Shown here piece after piece: positions 17,862-28,922 of a stretch of DNA of 64,000 bases. The position numbers and the translations under genes were made by a program. How positions within the stretch are numbered: position 1 is the first letter of the stretch; every line of letters begins with the position of its first letter. The DNA is from Chloroflexota bacterium (GTDB lineage Bacteria; Chloroflexota; UBA11872). Under the pieces are notes generated by a model. The model was not told the DNA's origin. It did not search any database and worked only from the letters and a program-made list of their open reading frames with translations. The stretch is taken from NCBI GenBank assembly GCA_011523785.1, contig WTFW01000163.1:4835-68834 (forward strand), read 5' to 3'.

Positions 17862-18539
17862 TTACCGCGCATTTGAGCGCGAGGTGGCCGTACGAAGTCG
17901 CCAAAGAGCCTGGGCGCTGGCGATGGCTAGGAAGGCGGCGGCGGCGGCGGCGGCGTAGTCGAGGAGGTTGAGGCCCCAGCCGAGGAAGGCGATCAGGAAG
18001 GGGTAATAGACCATCCAAGTCTTGATGCTGAAGGGTAGAGGCGTGCGGAAGCGGTCGGCCAGGTAGAGCAGGACGTTGGCGAGCGGGTAGGCGGCGGCGT
18101 AGGCCACGCCGATTTCGCCGCGCAGGGCGCCGACGGCGACGAGGCCGCCCAGCACGGTGAGCTCGCGCACGTGGTCGCAGACCTGGTCCAGCAGGGCGCC
18201 GAAGTTGGAGGCCAGGCCACGGGCGCGGGCCAGTTCGCCGTCAAGGAAGTCCAGGACCAGCGTGCCGATGAACAGCGCGAGGGCCAGGCGGGGGAAGGGG
18301 ACGATCAGAAAGGCGACGACGAACCCGAGTGGGATCTGGCTGAGGGAAAGTGCGTTGGGGTGGACTCGGGCGGCGGCAAGTGTCGTGATGACCGGCCGAA
18401 CGAGGTAGCCGCCGAGGCGTCGCAGGGGGGCTAGTAGCAGGCGTTCGAGGGTGGAGTAGGAGCCGGGAGCCGGGGGCTCAGCCGGTCGACCCTCACCCGG
18501 CCCTCCCCCGGTGGGAGAGCGTGGAGAGGGGACCGACAT
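17862..18539 (-). CDS. CDP-alcohol phosphatidyltransferase family protein.
   Basis: Signature D-G-x2-A-R-x8-G-x3-D-x3-D is seen as DFLDGELARARGLASNFGALLDQVCD. Confidence 0.85.
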   Translation of the reverse strand: MSVPSPRSPTGGGPGEGRPAEPPAPGSYSTLERLLLAPLRRLGGYLVRPVITTLAAARVHPNALSLSQIPLGFVVAFLIVPFPRLALALFIGTLVLDFLDGELARARGLASNFGALLDQVCDHVRELTVLGGLVAVGALRGEIGVAYAAAYPLANVLLYLADRFRTPLPFSIKTWMVYYPFLIAFLGWGLNLLDYAAAAAAAFLAIASAQALWRLRTATSRSNAR

Positions 18540-18548
18540 TGGCGCGGG

Positions 18549-19853
<1,305 letters not shown>

Positions 19854-19917
19854 GGGTGTCCTCGTGGGTATCCAGGGTCATGGGGATGGCGTGCGGTGCG
19901 ACGCCATGAGGTCGGAG

Positions 19918-20718
19918 TTACGCCCCGGGCACTGGCCGGGGCGCGGAACCCGCGCCCGCCCGTTCCAGGATGTGGGCGGATGAGATGTCGCGTTCGACGA
20001 CGGCGGCCGCGTAGGCCCGGAGGGCCGTGCGGAGTTCGGCGCGGGTACGCGGATCGGCGCGGAGGCGGGCGGCGCCGGTGAGGCCTTCGTGAGCGATGAA
20101 CCGCAGGGTTTTCAACGTGTCGAGGCTTAGCGGGTGGCTGGCGTTGTCGTGCGAACAGGTCGAGCAGATCACGCCGCCGGTTCGCGGGGCGAAGGCGTGG
20201 GCGCCAGGTTCAATCGTGCGGCCGCAGACGGTGCACTGCCACAGTTCGGGCGCGTAGCCGTGCGCACTCAGCAAGTTGATGGCCAGGGCGGAGAGCAACG
20301 GTTCCGGGTCGGCGGCTCGCTGGTTGAGGGCGCCAAGGAAGGCGACCAGGGCGGCGTAGGCAGCGGGCGCGGCCTCGCCGTCCTCGCTGAGACCATCCAG
20401 CAACTCGACGGCCCAGCCGGCGGCAGCAAAGGCGGCCAGGTCTTCACGGAAGCGGGGGTAGGCCTCCAGGCATTGGGCCTGCGTGAGCACGTCGAGGTTG
20501 GCGCCGACGACGCCGACCAGGCGGACGCGGCTAAAGAGTTCGATATGCGGAGCCAGCTGGCTGGTGGGCCGGCGCGAACCGCGCGCCACCAGGCGGCGGC
20601 GTCCGAACTCGCGCGTGAAGAGCGTGACGATTCGGTCGGCGTCGCCCAGGTCGCGACGGCTGAGCACCACGCCTTCGGCCTTGTAGGTGCTGGAGCGCTG
20701 CAGAACGGCCATGGGCAA
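19918..20718 (-). CDS. recO: DNA repair protein RecO.
   Basis: OB-fold N-terminus (GVVLSRRDLGDADRIVTLFT) and C4 zinc site (CTVCGR...CSTCS). Conserved recO-glyQS adjacency. Confidence 0.9.
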   Translation of the reverse strand: MPMAVLQRSSTYKAEGVVLSRRDLGDADRIVTLFTREFGRRRLVARGSRRPTSQLAPHIELFSRVRLVGVVGANLDVLTQAQCLEAYPRFREDLAAFAAAGWAVELLDGLSEDGEAAPAAYAALVAFLGALNQRAADPEPLLSALAINLLSAHGYAPELWQCTVCGRTIEPGAHAFAPRTGGVICSTCSHDNASHPLSLDTLKTLRFIAHEGLTGAARLRADPRTRAELRTALRAYAAAVVERDISSAHILERAGAGSAPRPVPGA

Positions 20719-20732
20719 GCCTAGCGTGAGTC

Positions 20733-22058
20733 TCAGTCGTCGGAGATTGCCGCGTCCGCCGGTCGGCGAATCACGTCAACGGCCTCAACGCGCGGGCCGC
20801 GCATGCGACGTACGCGCAGCAGCCAACCCTCGTGTTCCACGGTGTCACCGGGTCTTGGAACGGCGTCGAGGCGCTGCATCACGAATCCGGCAACCGTGAC
20901 AAAGTCACCCTCTGGCAGTCGGCACCCGGTGGATTCGACCAGCCGGTCGGCCCGCAACGTGCCGGCCACGACAAAGCGGTCGGGTCCGAAGTGCTGAACG
21001 TCTCGGGGTGGGGCGTCGTGTTCGTCGCGAATCTCGCCCACGACTTCCTCGACCAGATCTTCCAGGGTGACAATGCCCGCGGGCGAGCCGTGCTCGTCCA
21101 CGACCAGGGCCAGGTGCGCGCGGTCGCGGCGCATGGCCACGAGCAACTCGCCAACCAGGGCCGTGTCTGGTGAGATGTGCAGCGATCGAATCGCATCGTC
21201 CGGCAACGGCCGGTCAATGGCGTCGGGATCAATCGTCAGCAGGTCCTTCACGTGAACGAAGCCGACGATGGCGTCGGGCGAGTTGCGATAGAGCGGGAAT
21301 CGCGAGTAGCCCGTGGCAACGGCCTGGCGCTCGATTTCGCGCACGGATGAGCCCGCAGGCACGATATGCACGGCCGAGCGGGGCGCCATCACGTCCCCCA
21401 CGCGCCGCGCAGCGAACCGCAGCGCGCGGCTGGCCAATTGCTGCTGTGGCGCGCTGATCGCTCCAAGCCGACGCAGTTCGCCCAGCATCGAACCGATCTG
21501 CGCCGGTGTGTAGGCCGTGACCAACTCGTCGCGCGGCGCAACGCCGAAAGCCTGGATGGTCAGGTTGGCCAGTTCGTTCAGAACCCACAGCACACCGCGC
21601 ACGGCGTTGGCGTACCACCGATAGGGCAGCGCGAGCCACAGCAGGGTGCGCACGGGTTCGGCGATGGCGATGTTCTTGGGAGCCATTTCGCCGAGCACCA
21701 TGTGCAAGACGACCACGATGAATAGCGCGATAACGCCGGCGATCGCGTGCACCGCCGCGCCGTGCAGGCCGAAACGTTCGGCGAAGGTGGCCTCCAACAC
21801 GTCGGCGATGGCGGGCTCGGCCACGAACCCCAGGCCCAGTGACGCCATGGTGATCCCCAGTTGCGCGCCGGTGAGCATGAACGAGAGTTCGCGCATTGAG
21901 GCCACCGCCAGTTGCGCCGCCCGGCTGCCATCGGCAGCCCGGCGCTCAACTTCGCCACGACGACTGGCCGCAGCCGCGGTAATGGCGACCTCAGCGCCGA
22001 CAAAGAAGCCGTTTAGCAGCAGCAGGACGAGCGCGACGATGAGCAAGGTCAGCGTCAT
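20733..22058 (-). CDS. CNNM/CorC/TlyC family protein (DUF21 TM domain, CBS pair, CorC_HlyC). Paralog 1 of 3.
   Basis: GFFVGAEVAITAA DUF21 start, tandem CBS, C-terminal transporter-associated domain. Confidence 0.9.
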   Translation of the reverse strand: MTLTLLIVALVLLLLNGFFVGAEVAITAAAASRRGEVERRAADGSRAAQLAVASMRELSFMLTGAQLGITMASLGLGFVAEPAIADVLEATFAERFGLHGAAVHAIAGVIALFIVVVLHMVLGEMAPKNIAIAEPVRTLLWLALPYRWYANAVRGVLWVLNELANLTIQAFGVAPRDELVTAYTPAQIGSMLGELRRLGAISAPQQQLASRALRFAARRVGDVMAPRSAVHIVPAGSSVREIERQAVATGYSRFPLYRNSPDAIVGFVHVKDLLTIDPDAIDRPLPDDAIRSLHISPDTALVGELLVAMRRDRAHLALVVDEHGSPAGIVTLEDLVEEVVGEIRDEHDAPPRDVQHFGPDRFVVAGTLRADRLVESTGCRLPEGDFVTVAGFVMQRLDAVPRPGDTVEHEGWLLRVRRMRGPRVEAVDVIRRPADAAISDD

Positions 22059-23362
22059 TTCGCGCTTCCCGGCGATTTGGTCGGCCCTTCCAGGCGCACG
22101 CGTTCGATGCGTTGTCCCCGCACGGCGGTCACGCGGATCGTCCAGCCCGCCAGCGACACGACATCACCCTCGCGCGGCACGCGCTGCAGAACGGCCATCA
22201 GCAGACCCGCCAGCGTCTCGAACCGGCCGTCCGGCAAGCTGAAGCCGAGGACTTCGTGGAGTTCGTCGCGACGAATGCGCGCCGCCACGTCGAAGGCGCC
22301 GTCGTCCAGCGGCGTAACCAGCCGGGCCTCGGGCTTGTCGTACTCGTCCTCGATGTCACCCAGCAGCTCCTCGACGATGTCTTCGAGGGTGACGATGCCG
22401 GCGGGCTGTCCGAACTCGTCGTCGACGATGGCCATGGCGTGGTGCTCGGCCTGCATTTCGAGTAGCAGTGATCGCAGGTCGCGCGCGGCCGGGACGACGA
22501 GGGCGTCCTGGGACCTGGCCGCGACCGGCGTATTGGCTCGAGCCGTGGCGGGTAGCGCCAGGACGTCCTTGACGTGGGCGATGCCGATGTAGCCGCGCCC
22601 GTCCGCAGCCCGGATTGGGAAACGCGAATAGCCGGACTGGATCGACAATTGGGCAAGGTCGGCCAGAGAATCCGTTGCGTTGATGGCCACGACCTGGGAA
22701 CGCGGCACCAACACGTCGCCGGCGGTGGTACGACCAAGTCCCAAGGCGCGGTCGAGGACCTCGTACTCGACGCCTTCGATGGTGTTCTCGCGAGCTGCCC
22801 AGCGCAGGGCCTCCCGCATTTCCTCGAGGGACTGGAACCCCTCAAGTTCCTCGCGCGGCGCCAGGCCGACCAGGCGCATGGAAGCGTTGGCCATGGCGTT
22901 GAGCAGGCGGATTACGGGCGAGACAACCGTGTTGACGAACATGGCCGGGGGCACGAAGAGGCGTGCCGTGGCCATCGGGCGCGAAATGGCCAGGTTCTTA
23001 GGCCCCAGTTCGCCAAGCACCATCTGAATCACGGTGGCCAGGATGAGCGCCAAAGCGGCGGTCAACGCGACGAGCGTGCCGTCCTCAATCCCGGGGATCC
23101 AGGCAAGCAGTGGCCGCAGCAGCGGGCCGATCGCGCCATCCACCACGAAGCCCAGGACCAGCGAACTGACCGTGATGCCCAGCTGCGCGCCTGACAGCTG
23201 AAACGACAGCGTTTCGAGGCCCCGCCGAACCGCGCGGTCCCGCCGTGTGCCGCGGGCGGCGGCGGTCTCAACCTCGTAGCGGTCGACCGCCACGAGCGCG
23301 AACTGGGCGCCCGCGAAGAGGCCGTTGATGGCGATCAGGCCAAAAAAGACCAGGAGGCCCAC
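22055..23362 (-). CDS. CNNM/CorC/TlyC family protein. Paralog 2 of 3.
   Basis: Same architecture as paralog 1. It has a 4-nt overlap with paralog 1. Confidence 0.9.
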   Translation of the reverse strand: MGLLVFFGLIAINGLFAGAQFALVAVDRYEVETAAARGTRRDRAVRRGLETLSFQLSGAQLGITVSSLVLGFVVDGAIGPLLRPLLAWIPGIEDGTLVALTAALALILATVIQMVLGELGPKNLAISRPMATARLFVPPAMFVNTVVSPVIRLLNAMANASMRLVGLAPREELEGFQSLEEMREALRWAARENTIEGVEYEVLDRALGLGRTTAGDVLVPRSQVVAINATDSLADLAQLSIQSGYSRFPIRAADGRGYIGIAHVKDVLALPATARANTPVAARSQDALVVPAARDLRSLLLEMQAEHHAMAIVDDEFGQPAGIVTLEDIVEELLGDIEDEYDKPEARLVTPLDDGAFDVAARIRRDELHEVLGFSLPDGRFETLAGLLMAVLQRVPREGDVVSLAGWTIRVTAVRGQRIERVRLEGPTKSPGSAK

Positions 23363-23432
23363 CAGGATGTCGATGGCTCGTCTCCGGAACTAGCTCGTGG
23401 TGGTCAGGCCGCGGAGACCGGCGGTGGGACCG

Positions 23433-24704
23433 TCAAGCGGCATTGCCCTCTTCGTCAACGCGGGTGATTTCCAGGCGGGTTATGCGAGTTTCCTTGACCG
23501 CGTGTACGCGCAGCACCGCACCATCCACGGTGACCGATTCGCCGACTGAAGGAACGCGACCAAAGGCGCTGAAGGCCAGACCGCCCACGGTGTCCACACC
23601 GTCAGCTGTGAGCATGAGGCCGAGTTCATTGTTCAGGTCCGTGATCGGCAGGCTCGCGTCCACGATCAGGCGTCCGGGTCCCAGCGACACGATCGGGACA
23701 TCGGGGACGTCGTATTCGTCCTCGATTTCGCCCACGATTTCTTCCAGCAAGTCCTCGATCGTGACCAGGCCGGCCGTGTCGCCGTATTCGTTGACCACGA
23801 CGGCCATGTGGAGATTGTCCGCCTGCATTTCGCGCAGCAGCCGGTCGACGTACTTGGAATCGGGCACGAACAGAGGCTCGCGCACCAGCGAGCGCAGGTC
23901 GGAGGTCCGGTTGGGCTCCAGCAGTTCGGCCAGTCCGTCGCGCACGTGGATGATCCCGATGACGTTGTCGAGGTCGCCCTCGAACACCGGCAAGCGGGAC
24001 AGCCCGTCGGCGTGGGCCGTGCGGAGCGCGGTTCGCAGCGGCGTGTCAACGCTGACGGCCACAATGTCGGGGCGCGGCGTCATGACCTGACGTACCACGC
24101 GGTCGCCCAGCTCGATGACGTTGGTGATCATCTCGATGTCGGTGGCGTCGATAGCTCCCTCACGCGCGCCTTCGACCGCCTCGATGACCGCGGCGTCCTG
24201 TGGGTCTGGTCCGCGCCAGGCTTCCTGCTCCCGGGGCGAGAGCAGACGCTCGAACGGGAGGCTGGCGGGCAGAAACAGGAGGTACTGACCGTAGATCAGC
24301 CAGGAGAAGCGGCGGGCGATTCGGAGGGGCCGTCGCTGGGCCAGGATGCGCGGGGTCACTCGCGCGCCCCCCGCATGCAGCACGCTCAACACGGCAAGCG
24401 CGAGGACGACGCCGGCGGGGCGCGCGCCCATCAACTCGCCCAGCCGCTCGCCCACGGTGGTGGCCGCGAGCGCCGCTGAGGCGAAGATCAGCACGGCCGC
24501 GCCAATCCGAGCGCTGGCCCAAAACCGAAATCGGTTATCGAGCAGAGTGCGGAGGCGACGGGCGGCGCGGGGTTCGGTGCTGTCCAGGGAATCAAGCGCG
24601 GTCTGTGAGAGCTCCAGCGCGGCGTTTTCGGCCAGCACCAGCAGTGTGCTGACCACAGTCAGCACGAGAATGAGGGCAAGTCCTACCCAACTAACCGGAT
24701 CCAA
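23433..24704 (-). CDS. CNNM/CorC/TlyC family protein. Paralog 3 of 3.
   Basis: DUF21 + CBS pair + CorC_HlyC (LVTIEDLLEEIVGEIEDEYD). Confidence 0.9.
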   Translation of the reverse strand: MDPVSWVGLALILVLTVVSTLLVLAENAALELSQTALDSLDSTEPRAARRLRTLLDNRFRFWASARIGAAVLIFASAALAATTVGERLGELMGARPAGVVLALAVLSVLHAGGARVTPRILAQRRPLRIARRFSWLIYGQYLLFLPASLPFERLLSPREQEAWRGPDPQDAAVIEAVEGAREGAIDATDIEMITNVIELGDRVVRQVMTPRPDIVAVSVDTPLRTALRTAHADGLSRLPVFEGDLDNVIGIIHVRDGLAELLEPNRTSDLRSLVREPLFVPDSKYVDRLLREMQADNLHMAVVVNEYGDTAGLVTIEDLLEEIVGEIEDEYDVPDVPIVSLGPGRLIVDASLPITDLNNELGLMLTADGVDTVGGLAFSAFGRVPSVGESVTVDGAVLRVHAVKETRITRLEITRVDEEGNAA

Positions 24705-24790
24705 AAAGGATCCACTCCCCTAGCGCGCGGCACAGACGGGTGCTCACGCCCAGATGCCGGTCCCCGCTGGCAGGCGGGGCCACATCGCGG

Positions 24791-25783
<993 letters not shown>

Positions 25784-25835
25784 CCTGGCTCGCCCATGAT
25801 ATCCGGCCCCGGCGAGGGCCCGCGGCCATTGGCGG

Positions 25836-26612
25836 CTAACGGTGCCGACGCTTGCGTTCCCGGCGCTCAAATGCGGCGTTGGCGGTGGCGAGGCGATCGA
25901 GGTCGTCGCAGCCAATCGTCTCGTCCAGGTCGGTGATCTGGTACCCGGCCACTCGCCGGCCGTCGTCAATGGCCAGGTCCACGAGTTGGGTGAGGTAGCG
26001 CTCGCCCGAGGTTCGGCTGGGTCGAACGCGCGACAGCGCGCGGCGCAGCCAGGCGGCGCGGAAGGCCGCCGGGCCGGCATTCACGGTGGTCAACGCCAGC
26101 TCGTCCGCTGAGGCGTCGGCCGTTTCCACAATGCCGCGTACAAGGCCGGTCTCAGCCAAGCGGACCCTGCCAAAAGAGCCCGGATCCGGCACGTCGGCCC
26201 AGGAAACGGCCGCGACGGCGTCCAGGCTTAGCAGGGCCTTGAGGACGCCGCGCACCGTCGCCGGGCGAACCAGGGGCGAATCGCCGTAAAGCGCGACCAC
26301 AACGTCAACGTCAGACGGCACGGCGCCCAGACCGGTTTCCACAGCGAAGGCGGTGCCGCGGCCGGTGGGCGGCTGGTCCACGGTGACCGTGCCGGCGGCC
26401 GCCGATCCCATGTCCATGCCGGGCCGGATGACGACCACCAGCGGATCCAGCCCGGCGGCTCGCCCGGTGTCGACCACGTGCGCCAGCATGGGGCGTCCCG
26501 CCACGCGGTGCATAACCTTTGGCACGTCCGAGGCGAAGCGCGTGCCCTGCCCGGCTGCCATCACGATGCCGGCAGCGCCGATCGATTTCGTCGCGGGGTC
26601 ACCGGCGTTCAT
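25836..26612 (-). CDS. Sugar-1-phosphate nucleotidyltransferase matching only the GlmU N-terminal uridyltransferase domain; no LbH acetyltransferase domain. The start is probably downstream of the track ATG, which lies 3 nt from the tRNA.
   Basis: IVMAAGQGTRF (compare GlmU LAAGKGTRM), YGDSPLV, and GlmU-like core. Stop at 25836 is only 53 nt from the prs start, leaving no room for a C-terminal LbH domain. Confidence 0.7.
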   Translation of the reverse strand: MNAGDPATKSIGAAGIVMAAGQGTRFASDVPKVMHRVAGRPMLAHVVDTGRAAGLDPLVVVIRPGMDMGSAAAGTVTVDQPPTGRGTAFAVETGLGAVPSDVDVVVALYGDSPLVRPATVRGVLKALLSLDAVAAVSWADVPDPGSFGRVRLAETGLVRGIVETADASADELALTTVNAGPAAFRAAWLRRALSRVRPSRTSGERYLTQLVDLAIDDGRRVAGYQITDLDETIGCDDLDRLATANAAFERRERKRRHR

Positions 26613-26615
26613 GGG

Positions 26616-26686
26616 CTGGGGAGGAAGGGTTCGAACCTTCGATCACGGATCCAAAATCCGTTGCCTTACCACTTGGCCACTCCCCA
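26616..26686 (-). tRNA. tRNA-Gln (UUG anticodon); CCA not cleanly encoded.
   Basis: Reverse complement reads TGGGGAGTGGCCAAGTGGTAAGGCAACGGATTTTGGATCCGTGATCGAAGGTTCGAACCCTTCCTCCCCAG. 7-bp acceptor stem, GGTTCGAACC T-loop, anticodon loop TTTTGGA. Near-identical in design to E. coli tRNA-Gln. Confidence 0.9.
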
Positions 26687-26718
26687 CAGGGAAAGCGTAG
26701 GCAGGCACTGTAGGCCGG

Positions 26719-27582
26719 TCAAAGTTGACTTCCGGCCTCGTCGGGCGGGGTCATGAAGCGCGTTGTCTTGGTCCACCAGCCGTGCGATTTCACGCGGGCT
26801 TCCGCGTTCCGCGCGGCCGCCCTGGTTGCGAAGAGTCCGAAGCAGGTTGGTCCGCTGCCGGCCAGGAGCGGCGGCTCCGCTCCGGCGGACTCCAGGGCGC
26901 GAATGACCACGGCCACTTCAGGCACCAGGCGGATTGCGGCGGGCTGCAGATCATTGGTCAGCAGCTGTGGCGTGAAATGGCCGCCTCGAATGGCGTCCAC
27001 CTGCTGCAAGGTGGCGGCCCCGCCTGACCACTCGGCCGGGCGCAACTCAGCGTAGGCGTCGCGGGCAGATATCTCGGCGTCGGGCCGGACAAGCACGACC
27101 CAATGCGGCGGCCCCGGTGGTATGGGCCGCAGGTCGTCGCCGCGGGCGAGCCCCAGCGCGGTTCCCGGACGAAGGAAGAACGGTACATCCGCGCCCAGCG
27201 CCCGCGCGGTCTCGGCTACGGCGGAAGCGTCCGAACTCCACAGCCGTTGAAGGCCCAGCAGAACGGCGGCCGCGTCGGTACTGCCGCCGGCGAGACCCGC
27301 CGCAACCGGGATGCGTTTGTCGACGCGAATGTGGACGCCCTGGCGCGTACCGCTGCGAGCTTGCAGTTCGCGGGCCGCGCGGAATGCCAGGTCGGCCGCG
27401 GGGTCAAGCCCGGGCACCGCGCTTTCGCCCTGGATCGTCGGCGCCGGGGTCAGGTGCACCGTGTCGCCGAATTCAAGCGCCTGGAAGATGGTGACGATCT
27501 CGTGATACCCGTCGGCACGCCGCCCGCGAACTTCAAGGCCCAGGTTGATCTTGGCCGGAGCGGCGATCGTGAGCCTGGCCAC
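26719..27582 (-). CDS. ispE: 4-diphosphocytidyl-2-C-methyl-D-erythritol kinase.
   Basis: APAKINLGLEV...RADGYHEI and GHMP-kinase motif PVAAGLAGGSTDAAAV. Confidence 0.9.
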   Translation of the reverse strand: MARLTIAAPAKINLGLEVRGRRADGYHEIVTIFQALEFGDTVHLTPAPTIQGESAVPGLDPAADLAFRAARELQARSGTRQGVHIRVDKRIPVAAGLAGGSTDAAAVLLGLQRLWSSDASAVAETARALGADVPFFLRPGTALGLARGDDLRPIPPGPPHWVVLVRPDAEISARDAYAELRPAEWSGGAATLQQVDAIRGGHFTPQLLTNDLQPAAIRLVPEVAVVIRALESAGAEPPLLAGSGPTCFGLFATRAAARNAEARVKSHGWWTKTTRFMTPPDEAGSQL

Positions 27583-27584
27583 GG

Positions 27585-28082
27585 TTAGCGAACAGGCTGG
27601 TCGTCGCGCGCGAGTCCGACGGCGGCCATGACGGACTCTTCCACGTGGCGCATTTTGCGCTGATCAGCGTTGTCGTCGTGACCGAAGCCGGCCAGATGCA
27701 GCAGGCCGTGCGTGAGGAGGTACCCGAACTCGCGTTCGATGCTGTGTCCGTAGGCATTGGCCTGCGAGCGGACACGTTCGAGCGAAATGGCCACGTCGCC
27801 CGGACACTCCCGGTCTCCGCTGGGGAAAGCAAGGACATCCGTTGCGCGGGGCTTACCGGCGAAGGCGCCGTTGAGCCGGGCAATCTCGGCATCGTCGGTC
27901 AGGCGCAGCCCCACCACGCCGGTCATGCCGGTGATGTCGTGCACGACAGCCGCGATCGGGTGAATCAGTCGGGCAAGCCCGGGTGGCAGGGGGGCACCCT
28001 CGCCGGCTTGAACCTGTAAGCGGGCCGACCCGTCCGCGCGGACTCGCGCCTTAGCCGCCGAGCAGTTTGCCAACGAGGGCAT
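27585..28082 (-). CDS. ybeY: rRNA maturation endoribonuclease YbeY. Start uncertain; the track start overlaps yqeY by 32 nt.
   Basis: TDVLAFP and Zn-binding HGLLHLAGFGHDD motif. Confidence 0.88.
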   Translation of the reverse strand: MPSLANCSAAKARVRADGSARLQVQAGEGAPLPPGLARLIHPIAAVVHDITGMTGVVGLRLTDDAEIARLNGAFAGKPRATDVLAFPSGDRECPGDVAISLERVRSQANAYGHSIEREFGYLLTHGLLHLAGFGHDDNADQRKMRHVEESVMAAVGLARDDQPVR

Positions 28083-28503
28083 TCACGGCGCGTCCGTCGA
28101 CCGTGCCCTGCTCACGCAGCCGCGCCATCAGCGGGCGCATGACCTTGCCCATGTCGCGGCGGCTGGTTGCGCCGACTTCGCTGATCACTTCGCGCGCGAT
28201 GGCTTCCATGGCGTCGCTGTCAAGCTCGTCGGGCTGATAGGCGCTGACGATGGCGCGCTCGGCGCGTTCAGCATCGGCTTGTGCAGGGCGGTCGCCCTTG
28301 ACATAAAGTTGAATGGCTTCGTCGCGGCGGCGGATGTCGCGTTGAACGACGCGTACCACCAGGGCGTCGTCCATTGACGCGCCGGATTCCTTGGCCTCGT
28401 ACTTGATTTGGGAGATGAGCGTGCGCAGGACACGGACACGATCGGCATCGCCGCCACGCTGCGCCGTTCGCAGATCCCCGGTGAGGCGGTCGATTAGCGC
28501 CAT
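28051..28503 (-). CDS. GatB/YqeY domain-containing protein.
   Basis: Typical YqeY sequence (LTGDLRTAQRGGD...LISQIKYEAKE) and the conserved adjacency to rpsU. Confidence 0.8.
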   Translation of the reverse strand: MALIDRLTGDLRTAQRGGDADRVRVLRTLISQIKYEAKESGASMDDALVVRVVQRDIRRRDEAIQLYVKGDRPAQADAERAERAIVSAYQPDELDSDAMEAIAREVISEVGATSRRDMGKVMRPLMARLREQGTVDGRAVNALVGKLLGG

Positions 28504-28524
28504 GCGGGGTTGGGACTGAGTTGG

Positions 28525-28740
28525 CTAGAGGGCGCGGGCCTCGGCTTCGGCCGCCTTCATGGCTGCCCGCCGGGCCTTGCGGCGCTTGGTGGCTTCCTTC
28601 TTCTTGCGCAGCACGCTGGGCTTGTCGTACGCCTTCCGGCGCCGGGTCTCCGTGATAATGCCCTCTTGCTGCACCTTTTTATTGAAACGGCGTAGGGCCG
28701 CATCAAAACTCTCGTTCGCGCCGATCGTGATATGAACCAA
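28525..28740 (-). CDS. rpsU: 30S ribosomal protein S21. The second in-frame TTG, at 28740, is the likelier start.
   Basis: VHITIGANESFDAALRRFNKKVQQEGIITETRRRKAYDKPSVLRKKK matches the S21 family core. Confidence 0.88.
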   Translation of the reverse strand: MVHITIGANESFDAALRRFNKKVQQEGIITETRRRKAYDKPSVLRKKKEATKRRKARRAAMKAAEAEARAL

Positions 28741-28762
28741 TGAACCCCCCAATTCGGACGGG

Positions 28763-28789
28763 CAACAAAAAACCCGCCGTGCGGGCGGG
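28763..28789 (-). terminator. Intrinsic-terminator-like hairpin (CCCGCC-N5-GGCGGG) followed by a U-tract on the minus strand, inside the rpsU 5' leader.
   Basis: Minus-strand RNA CCCGCCCGCACGGCGGGUUUUUUGUUG, lying about 25-50 nt upstream of the rpsU start. Confidence 0.5.
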
Positions 28790-28871
28790 TGCTGGCGGGT
28801 TGGTCAACCGGGCCGCGCGATTTCGGTCAGGCGCCTCCTGATGATGACCCGCCACCCCACGAGTTGCCGAG

Positions 28872-28901
28872 ATTATATGCGGCGCCGAAATACCAGGTCA
28901 A
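28872..28901 (-). promoter_or_regulatory. Near-consensus sigma70-type promoter (TTGACC-18 nt-TATAAT) reading toward rpsU.
   Basis: Minus-strand -35 TTGACC (28896-28901), 18-nt spacer, -10 TATAAT (28872-28877). Confidence 0.55.
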
Positions 28902-28922
28902 CCGCAGCCGGCCGCGCGGCAG

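Noticed and set aside
24705-24790. GGATCC-AAAAA-GGATCC and CCCCGC-N7-GCGGGG hairpins after prs, considered as an intrinsic terminator
   Set aside because: Neither hairpin is followed by a U-tract on the minus (prs) strand. This is probably a structured intergenic region or CNNM promoter region rather than a canonical terminator.
26612-26615. Encoded CCA tail of tRNA-Gln
   Set aside because: The sequence after the discriminator G reads CCCA rather than CCA, so the tail is not cleanly encoded. The track's ATG for the upstream glmU-like ORF at 26610-26612 would abut the tRNA and is unlikely to be the real start.
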